NCBI GenBank assembly: GCA_001873435.1
Contig: MNZB01000004.1
Location: 307,004 to 371,003, forward strand
Reading direction: 5' to 3'
Origin: Candidatus Pacebacteria bacterium CG2_30_36_39
GTDB lineage: Bacteria > Patescibacteriota > Microgenomatia > UBA1400 > PJMF01
Length of the DNA: 64,000 nucleotides
Below the pieces are notes generated by a model. It ran no database searches, had not been told where the DNA came from, and saw only the letters and a list, made by a program, of their open reading frames with translations. This document shows positions 38,144 through 48,075 of the stretch, piece by piece. Both the position numbers and the translations under genes were made by a program. The stretch's first letter is position 1; every line of letters starts with the position of its first letter.

Positions 38144-39898
38144 ATGTTGTTTAAGCACAGCAAATTACTCGTGCTGTTTTTACTGTTCTCAGTATTTTTT
38201 TTAGTCGGCGGCTTTCCTGGCTTTTTGGCAATGGCAACTGATCCTGTGGCTGATTTACAACAGCAAATCGATGAGTTGGAGCGGATGAAGCAAATGTCAG
38301 AAAGCGCGACGAAACCACTTGAACAAGAACTCACTTCTTTACAGAAAAAGATTTCTAATGCTCAACAAGGGATTATTGCTGCTGAAAAACAAACTAAAGA
38401 ATTGGAACAAAATATTATTAATAGGGAAGATGATTTAGCAGTGCAGTACATAATTTTTACTCATCGTATTGCTCAGCAGTACAAACGATCAAGAACTTTT
38501 TCTCCGTTGATGCTATTTTTCAATAGTACTGATGCCAGTAAATTAACTAAGAACCTCGCCTATAGCTCTTCGGTTCAAGCTCAAGATAATCATCTTATTC
38601 ATTCTTTAACACAAGAGATTTCTTCTTTGGAAGTAGACAAAAAGAAGCTTGAAAAAGACCAAATTACTTTGGCTTCATTACAAAAGCAACTATCTAGTCA
38701 AGCTGTTTTTTTTCAAGTAGAGATTAATAAAGCAAAGGATTATCAACAAGATTTAGCTGGAAAGATTGCCAATCTTTCTGCTCAGCAACAAGCAATTATT
38801 AGTGCTCGTTCTGGCACATCCATTACTTCAGTAGGAGAGGTTCCATTGGCCGATGATTTTAATGCTTCTATCGCTTATAAGTCTCAAGCTCCTGGCAATT
38901 CATTTGCTGTTTTTAGTTTTGGAGCTTATACCCACCGCAATGGTATGAGCCAGTATGGCGCCAAGGCCAGAGCAGAGGCCAATCAATCAGTGGAAGAAAT
39001 TTTGGCAGCATACTATCCAGGTACTTCAATTAAAAAAGATTATTCAGAAATGGGGGATATTTCTGTTCAAGGAGTTGGCTCTATTTCTTTTGAAGGACAA
39101 TATTTACAAGGAATCTATGAAATGCCAGGTTCTTGGCATATTAACGCTCTTAAAGCTCAAGCCATTGCAGCTCGTACTTTTGCGATCAAATATACTGATA
39201 ATGGTAGTAAATCAATTTGTACTACAGAGAGTTGTCAAGTTTTTAAAAATTCACCAAAGGGTGGGGATTGGGAAAAGGCTGTTAATGAAACAAAAAACTG
39301 GGTTTTGGTTGATGGCTCTGGTAATCCAGTTTCTACTCAATATGCTTCTACTCATGGTGGTTTTAGTAAGACTAGCGGTTGGGATACGACTGATAAATCA
39401 GGATCAAACGATTGGTCTACTAGAGCTTGGGAAAACAAAGCTGGTAGCCCATGGTTTTATAAAGCTTGGTATAGATCTGGATATTCAGCTAGCGGAGCTA
39501 GCTGTGGCAAATCACATCCGTGGCTATCGCAAGAAGAATTTACAGACATCATTAATGCTTGGATTGTACGTAAAAACCCCAATGGTGCAGACGTAAATAG
39601 AATTACTCCTACTACTATTAATGATTGTAATATTGGTGGCCAGGGAGGCAATCCATATTCAATTTCAGAACTAAGAGATAAGGCCAATGCATCTGGCGGA
39701 GCTGTAACAAATATTTCTGCTGTTTCTGTGAGTCATAGTGATAATGGTCAGACTTCAACAGTGAATTTTAGTACCAATAGGGGAGACATTTCTATTTCTG
39801 GCAGCGAATTTAAGGAAAGTTTTAACTTGAGAGCTCCTGGATATTTACGCATACCACAGAGTAGTTTTGCTTTCTTTAACATTGAACATAAAAACTAA
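38144..39898 (+). CDS. SpoIID/LytB-domain peptidoglycan lytic protein with N-terminal coiled coil
   Basis: HRNGMSQYGA, ILAAYYPG, EMPGSWHINALKAQAIAARTFA, ICTTESCQVF. Confidence 0.88.
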   Translation: MLFKHSKLLVLFLLFSVFFLVGGFPGFLAMATDPVADLQQQIDELERMKQMSESATKPLEQELTSLQKKISNAQQGIIAAEKQTKELEQNIINREDDLAVQYIIFTHRIAQQYKRSRTFSPLMLFFNSTDASKLTKNLAYSSSVQAQDNHLIHSLTQEISSLEVDKKKLEKDQITLASLQKQLSSQAVFFQVEINKAKDYQQDLAGKIANLSAQQQAIISARSGTSITSVGEVPLADDFNASIAYKSQAPGNSFAVFSFGAYTHRNGMSQYGAKARAEANQSVEEILAAYYPGTSIKKDYSEMGDISVQGVGSISFEGQYLQGIYEMPGSWHINALKAQAIAARTFAIKYTDNGSKSICTTESCQVFKNSPKGGDWEKAVNETKNWVLVDGSGNPVSTQYASTHGGFSKTSGWDTTDKSGSNDWSTRAWENKAGSPWFYKAWYRSGYSASGASCGKSHPWLSQEEFTDIINAWIVRKNPNGADVNRITPTTINDCNIGGQGGNPYSISELRDKANASGGAVTNISAVSVSHSDNGQTSTVNFSTNRGDISISGSEFKESFNLRAPGYLRIPQSSFAFFNIEHKN

Positions 39899-39900
39899 TT

Positions 39901-40206
39901 TTAAGAAAAGAATTTTTTAATTCCAAATTTATCTAGAGCTTTTTGTTTTGGTGGCAGTTGAGGGAGTGAAGGGGCTTCAATAGCGATTTTTTGTGGCTCA
40001 GGCAGGGTACGAAGAGGTTTTACCTCAGGAAGTAATGGCTTTGTTTGGCTTGGCATGAGCAAATTAGCATCTGTCTCTGCAGCATAGGGACGAATGATGC
40101 CTAGCGGTTTTGAACGATACATGAGCATGAAGCTTTCTCCTTTTTCAAGAGCTTTGCGAATCGGGTTGAATTTCTCCCGTAATTGCTTCATGGAAATAAT
40201 TTTCAC
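39901..40206 (-). CDS. Phd/YefM antitoxin-like DNA-binding protein with Pro-rich tail
   Basis: Start placed at GTG 40206: KIISMKQLREKFNPIRKALEKGESFMLMYRSKPLGIIRP fits the Phd N-terminal pattern. Confidence 0.55.
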   Translation of the reverse strand: MKIISMKQLREKFNPIRKALEKGESFMLMYRSKPLGIIRPYAAETDANLLMPSQTKPLLPEVKPLRTLPEPQKIAIEAPSLPQLPPKQKALDKFGIKKFFS

Positions 40207-40284
40207 GATATATCCAGTGTACTTAAAAACAATAGAAGCAGTCAAACGAACTTACTGGTACAAACCATACTCAATAATGAGTTT

Positions 40285-42183
40285 TTAAACTCCTTGTAGA
40301 TATTTTGCCGACCAGGGTTTGTAATTTGAGTAATAGGTTTTTTGTCTAATTGTTTCTCCATTTTTATCTTTTATTGTGTGAACAAACTGAGCTTTAATAC
40401 CACTAGCTGACCAGTCTATTTGTTTTAGTTTTCCAGGTGGCAACGAAGGATCTGGAACATATTCTGTTGGCAGAGGATCTCGATAATCCCATGATTTATA
40501 ATCAGAAATTTCCGTAGTACGACCATCACTAGTACCATAAAGTTCAACCTTCATATACAAATCATTGCTATTTGTTTCGGTATAAATTAACACATAGTTT
40601 TCAGTGTCATTAATAAAACGAAAATCAACATTACCAGCATAAACAGTGGCATCAAATCCAGGCTTATTATCTAATTCATAATAACTAACACGGTAACTAT
40701 GAGGCAATCTTAGAGTAACTTCTAAGCCAGCATCCAAAATTGAGCGAAAAAGAGTTGTACTAACCTGGCAAACTCCACCACCATCACCCAAAACAGTCTG
40801 TCCATCTTTAATTACATAAGCCGGTTGATAACCAGTTTGAGCAGAGACATCACCGATAGTTTTGTTAAACGAAAACTCTTTTCCCGGACCCACCAAAGCC
40901 AAATTGACTTTTTTAGCAGTTAAAGCAACATTATGGATTCTACTTGGAATTGAATGGGCATAATAACTTTCACCAAAACCTATTCTTTCTTTAATCCCCA
41001 AATCATTGGTTTTTTCTAGAGTTTTCTCTGGTAGGGTGGTAATAAATTTAAGCTCATTATTTATTTCTTTTTTATCCTCATTAGTAGTCATCAACTCTTG
41101 AATACCATTTTTTATTAAAGAGCTTACATTATTTGTATCTAGCGCCAATCCTTCTCGATGCGGAGCAAAATTTGTTACAACAAAGTTTTGTTTATCAAAA
41201 TCAAAAACTGCGTTTTGAGCTGGTCTATCTAATTTTGAACGCCACTCATTTATAGTTGTGGCTATTTTTTCTTCATAAAAACCATCAGGAAACCTTAGGA
41301 AAGAAATCATATCTTGATCATTAAGAGTTCTATTTAGCTCTTGATAGGTAAAAGTAATTTTTTTATCAACAAGCTTACTTGCTGCAGCTAGGGCTTGTTG
41401 TTTTTGTTCTGTGGTTAAAGCAGTACTTTCCAAATATGTTACTGGTGTAAAAACCAAACTCTCAGGCTTTTCTTTTATGGTTAAGTAAGTGCTTTCTACA
41501 TTTAAACTCTCAACAATATTGTTTAGGGTTTTTTCTTGGTCAACATAATCTACATTTTCACCCAAAAAGACAGACAGAGTTTGTGGTTTACCAGTTTGAC
41601 CCAGGGCAGCAGTGGGATATTTTGGCTCAACATCAAATTTCTCTGCAAACGCTGCTACAAAATTTTTGAGTTTTTCTTCTTCATAACTAATATGAAGTTC
41701 ATATCTTGTTGGAGAGTTGGGTGAAAAAAATAGTTTTTTTAACCATTCTAGAGAGTTTTTTTGTTGTTGCTGAAAAACATCTTCAGCAATTTCCTGATAT
41801 GAATAAAAAGCACCCAAATCAGCAGATGAGGAGCTTTCTTCTACTAATAGGGAATTATTTTCAATTTCACTAGTAATTTTTAATATATGATCTGGTGGAG
41901 TAGAGTGGTGTTGGCTAATTTTAGCAACTGCTTCTTCTGGGGTGAGCCCACCAATTCTCACTTCTTCAACATATGTTTCTGGTAAAAACTTAGAAGTAGA
42001 GTAAGCTATAAAGAGTATTAAAGTGCCAAAAGCCACTCCTAAAGAAATTAAGCTAATAAGCTGAGTGTTCGAAAGTCTTCTTTTTTCAAATGGATTTAGT
42101 TTTTCTTCAATAAAAACAGTTTTTTGACCAGTTTTATGAGGAAATGAAAAAAACGACTTGATAGGGTGAGTAAAAGGCTCCAT
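40285..42183 (-). CDS. VanW-family protein with peptidoglycan-binding region
   Basis: RIHNV, FSFNKTIG, GGGVCQVSTTLF, PHSY, DATVY, DFRFINDT; N-terminal TM. Confidence 0.92.
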   Translation of the reverse strand: MEPFTHPIKSFFSFPHKTGQKTVFIEEKLNPFEKRRLSNTQLISLISLGVAFGTLILFIAYSTSKFLPETYVEEVRIGGLTPEEAVAKISQHHSTPPDHILKITSEIENNSLLVEESSSSADLGAFYSYQEIAEDVFQQQQKNSLEWLKKLFFSPNSPTRYELHISYEEEKLKNFVAAFAEKFDVEPKYPTAALGQTGKPQTLSVFLGENVDYVDQEKTLNNIVESLNVESTYLTIKEKPESLVFTPVTYLESTALTTEQKQQALAAASKLVDKKITFTYQELNRTLNDQDMISFLRFPDGFYEEKIATTINEWRSKLDRPAQNAVFDFDKQNFVVTNFAPHREGLALDTNNVSSLIKNGIQELMTTNEDKKEINNELKFITTLPEKTLEKTNDLGIKERIGFGESYYAHSIPSRIHNVALTAKKVNLALVGPGKEFSFNKTIGDVSAQTGYQPAYVIKDGQTVLGDGGGVCQVSTTLFRSILDAGLEVTLRLPHSYRVSYYELDNKPGFDATVYAGNVDFRFINDTENYVLIYTETNSNDLYMKVELYGTSDGRTTEISDYKSWDYRDPLPTEYVPDPSLPPGKLKQIDWSASGIKAQFVHTIKDKNGETIRQKTYYSNYKPWSAKYLQGV

Positions 42184-42210
42184 AATAAGACAGCTTATTG
42201 TAGCTGATTT

Positions 42211-43905
42211 ATGAATTCATCACTACCGAAACCAACCGATCCAAAACAAGATATGCCAACACCGGCCAAGATTGGTCGTTCCGTTGCCCCAACTGGAGTT
42301 CCTAAATTAGAAGGAATCAATCCAGCTTTGGCACCAAAAAACACAGTCCCACCAGCGGCTCCAGCTCCAGTTGAAGCAGCTAATCCTATCCCTGCTCCAA
42401 ATATTGGTTTGCAAACTGCTCCGACCGCCCCAAAATTACAAACTCCACCACCTCCTTCTTTGGGAACTAATCCAGGAAAACCCAATATTCCTCCTTTGCC
42501 AGTCAAGCAACAAACAACTGCTGGCGGAGTAAAACCACAAGTAGTTCAAGCCAAAAAAGACCCAAAAAAACTCATTATGATTATTGCTGCAGTCTTAATT
42601 GGATTGGGAATAATAGGTAGTCTTTGGTCGACTTTTTTTGGTGGTGAAAAAACAACAACAGCTGGCACAACAAACACTACCAATACTACAAAAACCCCTC
42701 AGCAACCAGTAAAACAAACAGTTTTAACTTATTGGGGTCTATGGGAACCTTCAACAGTTTTGGAAGAGGTGATTAAGGATTATGAAGATAAAAACCCAGG
42801 AATAAAAATCGATTACAGAATTCAATCACACAAAGATTACCGAGAGCGCTTACAAACAGCTATCGCTTCTGGTAATGGACCAGATATTTTCCGTTATCAC
42901 TCTGCTTGGGTACCAATGCTAAGTGGTGATTTGGCTGTTTTACCAGCAAGCGTAATGAGCGCTAATGATTTTAAAACCACTTTTTATCCATCGGCATCTC
43001 AGTTACTGCAAATAGATGGCAAAATTGTAGGCCTACCTCTAATGTATGAGGGATTAGGTCTTTATTACAATGAGGATATTTTGCAGACAGCTGGAGTTCA
43101 AGCTCCAACCACTTGGGCTGAGCTTAAAAAATTGGCCGGTGAATTAAGTGTCCCAGCGGATAAAAATGCTAGAAAAAATGGTACTATTACCAGAGGAGGA
43201 TTGGCAATTGGTAATGCAACAAATGTTGATCATTTCTCTGATATTCTGGCTTTATTAATTTTACAAAATGGTGGTGATCCAGCAGAGCCAGCTTACACAG
43301 AAGTCAGAGATGCTCTTGTTTTCTATACCAACTTTATTGCTGAAGATGGAGTCTGGAGTAGCTCATTACCAAGTTCCACAGTGGCTTTTGCCAAAGGTGA
43401 TGTAGCTATGATGTTTGCTCCAACTTGGAGAGCTCATGAAGTTAAAGAATTAAATCCCAAACTTAAATTTGGAATTGCTCCTGTTCCTCAACTTTCTGAT
43501 GAGCATATTGCTTGGGCTAACTATTGGGCTGAGGGTGTCAATGAAAAAAGCGCTAATAAAGAAGCTTCTTGGGCATTCTTAAAATATATGACCAGTGCTG
43601 AAGTAATGAAAAAACTTTACTCTGCTGAGAGTAATGTCAGATCTTTTGGTGAGCCATACTCTAGAACGGATATTGCCTCTGAATTAGCTAAAGATCCTTA
43701 TGTCGCTGGAGTTTTGCAAGACGCTCCAATTGCAACCGGTTGGCACATGAGCTCAGCAACTCATGATAATGGACTTAATGATCAAATTATCAACTATTAC
43801 GCAGCAGCAATTAGCTCTACTTTAAATAGTGAAGATGAAGAAGATATTTTGAAAGCCTTAGAAGCTGGAGTAAAGCAAGTTCTTCGTCAGTATTCAGTCA
43901 AATAA
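42211..43905 (+). CDS. Sugar-type extracellular solute-binding protein with Pro-rich N-terminus and TM anchor
   Basis: LTYWGLWE, GNGPDIF, GLYYNEDI, PTTWAEL, FAKGDVAMMF, APVPQL. Confidence 0.85.
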   Translation: MNSSLPKPTDPKQDMPTPAKIGRSVAPTGVPKLEGINPALAPKNTVPPAAPAPVEAANPIPAPNIGLQTAPTAPKLQTPPPPSLGTNPGKPNIPPLPVKQQTTAGGVKPQVVQAKKDPKKLIMIIAAVLIGLGIIGSLWSTFFGGEKTTTAGTTNTTNTTKTPQQPVKQTVLTYWGLWEPSTVLEEVIKDYEDKNPGIKIDYRIQSHKDYRERLQTAIASGNGPDIFRYHSAWVPMLSGDLAVLPASVMSANDFKTTFYPSASQLLQIDGKIVGLPLMYEGLGLYYNEDILQTAGVQAPTTWAELKKLAGELSVPADKNARKNGTITRGGLAIGNATNVDHFSDILALLILQNGGDPAEPAYTEVRDALVFYTNFIAEDGVWSSSLPSSTVAFAKGDVAMMFAPTWRAHEVKELNPKLKFGIAPVPQLSDEHIAWANYWAEGVNEKSANKEASWAFLKYMTSAEVMKKLYSAESNVRSFGEPYSRTDIASELAKDPYVAGVLQDAPIATGWHMSSATHDNGLNDQIINYYAAAISSTLNSEDEEDILKALEAGVKQVLRQYSVK

Positions 43906-43915
43906 TACTGATTAA

Positions 43916-44887
43916 TTACATTATTTTTTTTAATACTTTTGTTAGTTCTTGATAGTCATGTCTCAATAAACTTCTGGCAATTTTGTCATGTTCACTTTGC
44001 ATAGCTATAACTTTGGAAACTAATTTGGCACGAATTATTTGTTTATTAATTGGCAAATCATCAACCACCGGATATTCTTTCTCGTTTTCGTATAAAGCAA
44101 GAATATTGTCTGGTATTTTTTCTGAATTAACTATTACATAATCTGGTTTTCGACCGAAGTACTCTTCTATGGTTGCTACGTGTTCTTGGGCAGATAACTC
44201 ATGAGTTTGTGAATAATGTGTCATTAGGTTAACAATATAGATAAACTTGCCTTTTGCCTTTATTAAGCTATCTTTGACACCACTGACTAGAGAATGGGGC
44301 AATAGGCTACCATACAAGTCTCCAGGGCCAACAATTATTAAATCAGCTGTTTCTATTGCCTTTTTTGCTTGAGGATAAATTTTTGCTGGAGCAGTAAGTT
44401 CTAGAGAGGTAATTTTTTTACCACCCTTTGAATGATCATCCAAAAAATGCTCTCCAACAAGCTTTGTGCCGTCTTCATAGGTAATAACTAGATTGGTATC
44501 AACTTCAGTAATTGGAAAAACCTTGCCTTTAATACGAAATATTTTGCTTGCTAGCGAAATGGCTTCTCCTGGAGAACTTTTAATATCTTCAAGTGCAGTT
44601 AAAATTAAATTACCTAGGTTATGACCTTCTAAACCATTTCCTTTTTTAAATCTATATAACAACAAATTACGAATATCTTTTTGATTAGCATCATCAGCTA
44701 GGGCCACTAAACATTGACGCAAATCTCCAACTGGTAAAAACCCAAACTCATCTCGTAGACGACCAGTAGAACCCCCAGAGTCTGTGACAACAGAAAGAGC
44801 AGTGAGTTCTAATTGGGGCAAATTTTTTAAGGCAGTAATTACCACCGAAGATCCAGTTCCTCCACCAATGACAACGACTTTCTTCAT
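43916..44887 (-). CDS. yvcK: YvcK/GlmR (UPF0052) family protein
   Basis: IGGGTG, DSGGSTGRLR, GDLRQCL, GHNLGNL, GPGDLYGS, RHD; start placed at ATG 44887. Confidence 0.92.
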   Translation of the reverse strand: MKKVVVIGGGTGSSVVITALKNLPQLELTALSVVTDSGGSTGRLRDEFGFLPVGDLRQCLVALADDANQKDIRNLLLYRFKKGNGLEGHNLGNLILTALEDIKSSPGEAISLASKIFRIKGKVFPITEVDTNLVITYEDGTKLVGEHFLDDHSKGGKKITSLELTAPAKIYPQAKKAIETADLIIVGPGDLYGSLLPHSLVSGVKDSLIKAKGKFIYIVNLMTHYSQTHELSAQEHVATIEEYFGRKPDYVIVNSEKIPDNILALYENEKEYPVVDDLPINKQIIRAKLVSKVIAMQSEHDKIARSLLRHDYQELTKVLKKIM

Positions 44888-44956
44888 GTTATTGAGCGTA
44901 TATGCAAATGCTTTTCTTGGCAAGCTGTTTTTCTTTGATTGGGTATAATACCTCTT

Positions 44957-46264
44957 ATGGCTTTATCTGATTCAGAAAAGATTGTTTTGGCAGCTGTTGC
45001 ATATAGCGCTCAGTTTTCTCATCCTTTGACTCAAGAAGAAATCATTAAACGTTGTTATAAGCCAGGTAATATTTCTCAAAAAAAACTAGAATTAGCAATA
45101 GAAAAACTCCTCAAACTTAAAAAGCTTGTTAAGCAAAACAACTATTATACTTTGGCTATTACTCCCTGGGCTTTTAGAAATCGTGACCAAGTAAGCAAAA
45201 AGTATTTAGCAATTAAAAAATATAAAGAAGAAATTATTAGTGAACTAGTTTTATTGGCTAATAAAATTCCTTGGGTGTTGGGAGTGGTGATTACTGGTTC
45301 TTATGCTGCCGGAGTTGTTCAAGAAAAACATGATTTGGATTTTTTAATCATTACCAAAAAAAATAGACTCTGGCTTACTAGATTAATATTTTTATTTCTT
45401 TCTGCAATCAAAGGAAGAAGGCCGCATTTACCTGGTGGCGACATTAGTCATAGTTGGGATTTTAATTTTTGGTTGGATGAAACCAGATTAAAAATGACAA
45501 AAGATAGTAAAACCATGTACGAGGCTTATGAGGCATTGCAAACTCGTTGGGTTGTTAATAAAGAGAATATAAAAACAAGATTTTATCAAGAAAACGCTTG
45601 GATTAAAGAGTGCTTTCCTTTTGCAGATTTTTCTTTATCTAATAGTAATCAAGATTTAATTTATGACGAGCAAGTTAGTTCCGGTTTTGGAAATTATTGC
45701 GATTGGTTGTCGATGATGTTGCAACTCAAATATCGGGAGATACGCCATGGCAAGCAACGAGCTGATGTTCATAGCGCCTTTCTTCACTCCAATCATACAA
45801 GACAACAAATTTTAGCTACTTGGAAAGCTCTTTATCAATTGGTTTTAAATAAGCAAAAGATTGTTTTAGCGACTGGAGTATTCGATGTTCTTCATCAGGA
45901 ACACATGGCTTTTTTAAAGGCTGCAAAAATAGAGGGAACAATGTTGGTTGTTGGATTAGAGTCAGATTTAAGAGTTAAGTCTATGAAAGGTAGTTCAAGA
46001 CCAGTTTATTCTGAACAAGAAAGAAAAAGGAATCTTGAACAACTTAAAATAGCTGATTTGGTTTTTGTTTTACCAGAAGAGTTTAGTACTCCAACTGATC
46101 ATTTGAATTTATTGAAACAAATAAAACCAGCAGTTTTGGCAGTTTCTTCTCATACAGCATATCTGGATACCAAAAAGAAATTAATGTCTAAGGTGGGTGG
46201 AGAAGTTAGGGTAGTTCGTGAATATAATCCTGATTTTTCTACCACCAAACTACTCCAACAATAG
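44957..46264 (+). CDS. Fusion: Pol-beta-type nucleotidyltransferase-like domain + cytidylyltransferase-like domain
   Basis: ITGSYAAG...HDLDFLII..RLWLTR; C-terminal ATGVFDVLHQEH..KGSSRP..STTKL; start placed at ATG 44957. Confidence 0.75.
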   Translation: MALSDSEKIVLAAVAYSAQFSHPLTQEEIIKRCYKPGNISQKKLELAIEKLLKLKKLVKQNNYYTLAITPWAFRNRDQVSKKYLAIKKYKEEIISELVLLANKIPWVLGVVITGSYAAGVVQEKHDLDFLIITKKNRLWLTRLIFLFLSAIKGRRPHLPGGDISHSWDFNFWLDETRLKMTKDSKTMYEAYEALQTRWVVNKENIKTRFYQENAWIKECFPFADFSLSNSNQDLIYDEQVSSGFGNYCDWLSMMLQLKYREIRHGKQRADVHSAFLHSNHTRQQILATWKALYQLVLNKQKIVLATGVFDVLHQEHMAFLKAAKIEGTMLVVGLESDLRVKSMKGSSRPVYSEQERKRNLEQLKIADLVFVLPEEFSTPTDHLNLLKQIKPAVLAVSSHTAYLDTKKKLMSKVGGEVRVVREYNPDFSTTKLLQQ

Positions 46265-46301
46265 AGTTAAGTTCTGTATACTTAATACTAGAAAGGGTCT
46301 T

Positions 46302-46598
46302 ATGAAGAAATTTATTTTGGTCTCTTTAGTTGGTGTTGCTGGTTTAATTTTTGCTGGTTGTATTCAGCAGACAGCTCCAGTTCAGCCCACTCAGCAAAAA
46401 GCAGTAGAAAAGGTTGGTGATACTACCAAAAAAGGCATAATTAGTGCTTCTGGAGGTAGATATTATTTAGCTGAATCAGGACAAACTCCTAAAGAAATAG
46501 ATAGTTATGCAGTAGATCTTTCTGCCTATGTTGGCAAAACAGTAACGGTTACTGGCCAGTATAGTGGTGATACTTTGTTTGTTGGCAGCATAGAGTAA
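46302..46598 (+). CDS. Small lipoprotein (OB-fold-like)
   Basis: MKKFILVSLVGVAGLIFAGC lipobox; DLSAYVGKTVTVTG. Confidence 0.75.
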   Translation: MKKFILVSLVGVAGLIFAGCIQQTAPVQPTQQKAVEKVGDTTKKGIISASGGRYYLAESGQTPKEIDSYAVDLSAYVGKTVTVTGQYSGDTLFVGSIE

Positions 46599-46608
46599 GA
46601 TACAACTA

Positions 46609-48075
46609 GTGCCTAAAAAACATTCTCAATTTGTCTGCCAACAGTGTGAGGCGGCTTTTCCTAAATGGCAAGGTCAGTGTAGTGCTTGTGGGGCTTGGAA
46701 TACTTTAGTTGAAGAAGCTATTGAAGTAACTGTGAATGCTAAGGGAAAAACTACAACCCTAAGAAATGAAACAGATTTTTTAATTAGTTATCCAGAAGTA
46801 GAGCTGTCAGAAACCGCCAAAAACCGTTTTTCTACAACTTTGTCTGAGTTGGATAGGGTGTTGGGTGGAGGATTGGTTCCAGGAATGGTTTCTTTGGTTG
46901 GCGGAGAACCAGGAATTGGTAAGTCCACATTGCTAACACAGGTGGTGGTTGGTTTATTAAACAAAGATATTGCTTTTGCAGAACAAAACTTAACCCAAAA
47001 ATCTACTAAATCTTCTATGACTGGAAAACCGAAAACTTGGTTGAGTGAGGCGCCAATAGTGTATGTTGCTGGTGAAGAAAGTCCATCTCAAATATCACTT
47101 AGAATCAATCGATATTTACAAAAAGAACATAAAAATAGTTCAATAGATAAAGTCAAAATAGACCCGAAGAATATTTTAAATAAATTGTTGTTCGTAACAT
47201 CCACTCAGGTAGAAGAGATTGTTCAGGTTATGGCAAAACATAAACCAAGATTGGTAATCATTGATAGTATCCAGACTATCACTACCAATGAGCTAACAGG
47301 AGCCAGTGGAAGTGTAGGTCAGATTAGAGAATCAGCAGAAAAAATAACTCAAATGGCTAAGGCTTTTCATATTCCAGTCTTTTTTATTGGTCATGTAACC
47401 AAGGATGGCATTATTGCTGGACCCAAGGTTCTTGAACATATTGTTGATGCAGTAGTTGAAATTAGTGGTGAAAGATCAGGACAATTAAGACTAGTTAGAG
47501 CTTTAAAAAATCGCTTTGGTGCCACTGACGAGGTTGGTGTTTTTCAACATGATGATTATGGTTTGGCTGAAGTAACTAATCCTAGCGAGCTATTTTTGGA
47601 ACAAACTGAGCTTGGAGTTCCAGGTAGTGCAACTGTTGGAGTTATGGAAGGAACTAGGCCACTATTGGTTGAAGTTCAGGCTTTGGTTACATATTCTCAA
47701 CTAGCAATGCCTCGTAGAGTGGGTAGAGGAATAGAATTATCTAGAATTCAAATTTTGGCTGCTATCTTACAAAAACATGCCAGGTTACCATTGGAATCAA
47801 ATGATGTGTTTTTGAATGCTGCAGGTGGATTTACTATTAAAGAACCAGCGGTTGATCTTGGTTTGGCAGTGGCAATTGCTAGCTCATTAAAGAACAAGAA
47901 AATATCACAAAAAGCTATTTTTATCGGTGAAGTAGGGCTTTTAGGTGAGATAAGAAAAGTTAGTTTTTTGGAGAAAAGAATCAAAGAAGCCAAACGTTTA
48001 GGCTTTACAGAAATATATTCAAGAGAAACACACAAAACTGTTAGAGAAGTATTGAAAGATTTGGATTTACTTTAG
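46609..48075 (+). CDS. radA: DNA repair protein RadA/Sms
   Basis: CQQC..CSAC zinc finger, GEPGIGKSTL, IDSIQT, KNRFG, EGTRP. Confidence 0.97.
   Translation: MPKKHSQFVCQQCEAAFPKWQGQCSACGAWNTLVEEAIEVTVNAKGKTTTLRNETDFLISYPEVELSETAKNRFSTTLSELDRVLGGGLVPGMVSLVGGEPGIGKSTLLTQVVVGLLNKDIAFAEQNLTQKSTKSSMTGKPKTWLSEAPIVYVAGEESPSQISLRINRYLQKEHKNSSIDKVKIDPKNILNKLLFVTSTQVEEIVQVMAKHKPRLVIIDSIQTITTNELTGASGSVGQIRESAEKITQMAKAFHIPVFFIGHVTKDGIIAGPKVLEHIVDAVVEISGERSGQLRLVRALKNRFGATDEVGVFQHDDYGLAEVTNPSELFLEQTELGVPGSATVGVMEGTRPLLVEVQALVTYSQLAMPRRVGRGIELSRIQILAAILQKHARLPLESNDVFLNAAGGFTIKEPAVDLGLAVAIASSLKNKKISQKAIFIGEVGLLGEIRKVSFLEKRIKEAKRLGFTEIYSRETHKTVREVLKDLDLL

Noticed and set aside
38955-39596. 213-aa alternate-frame ORF inside the SpoIID gene
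   Set aside because: No recognisable motif or start signal; fully overlaps a well-supported gene
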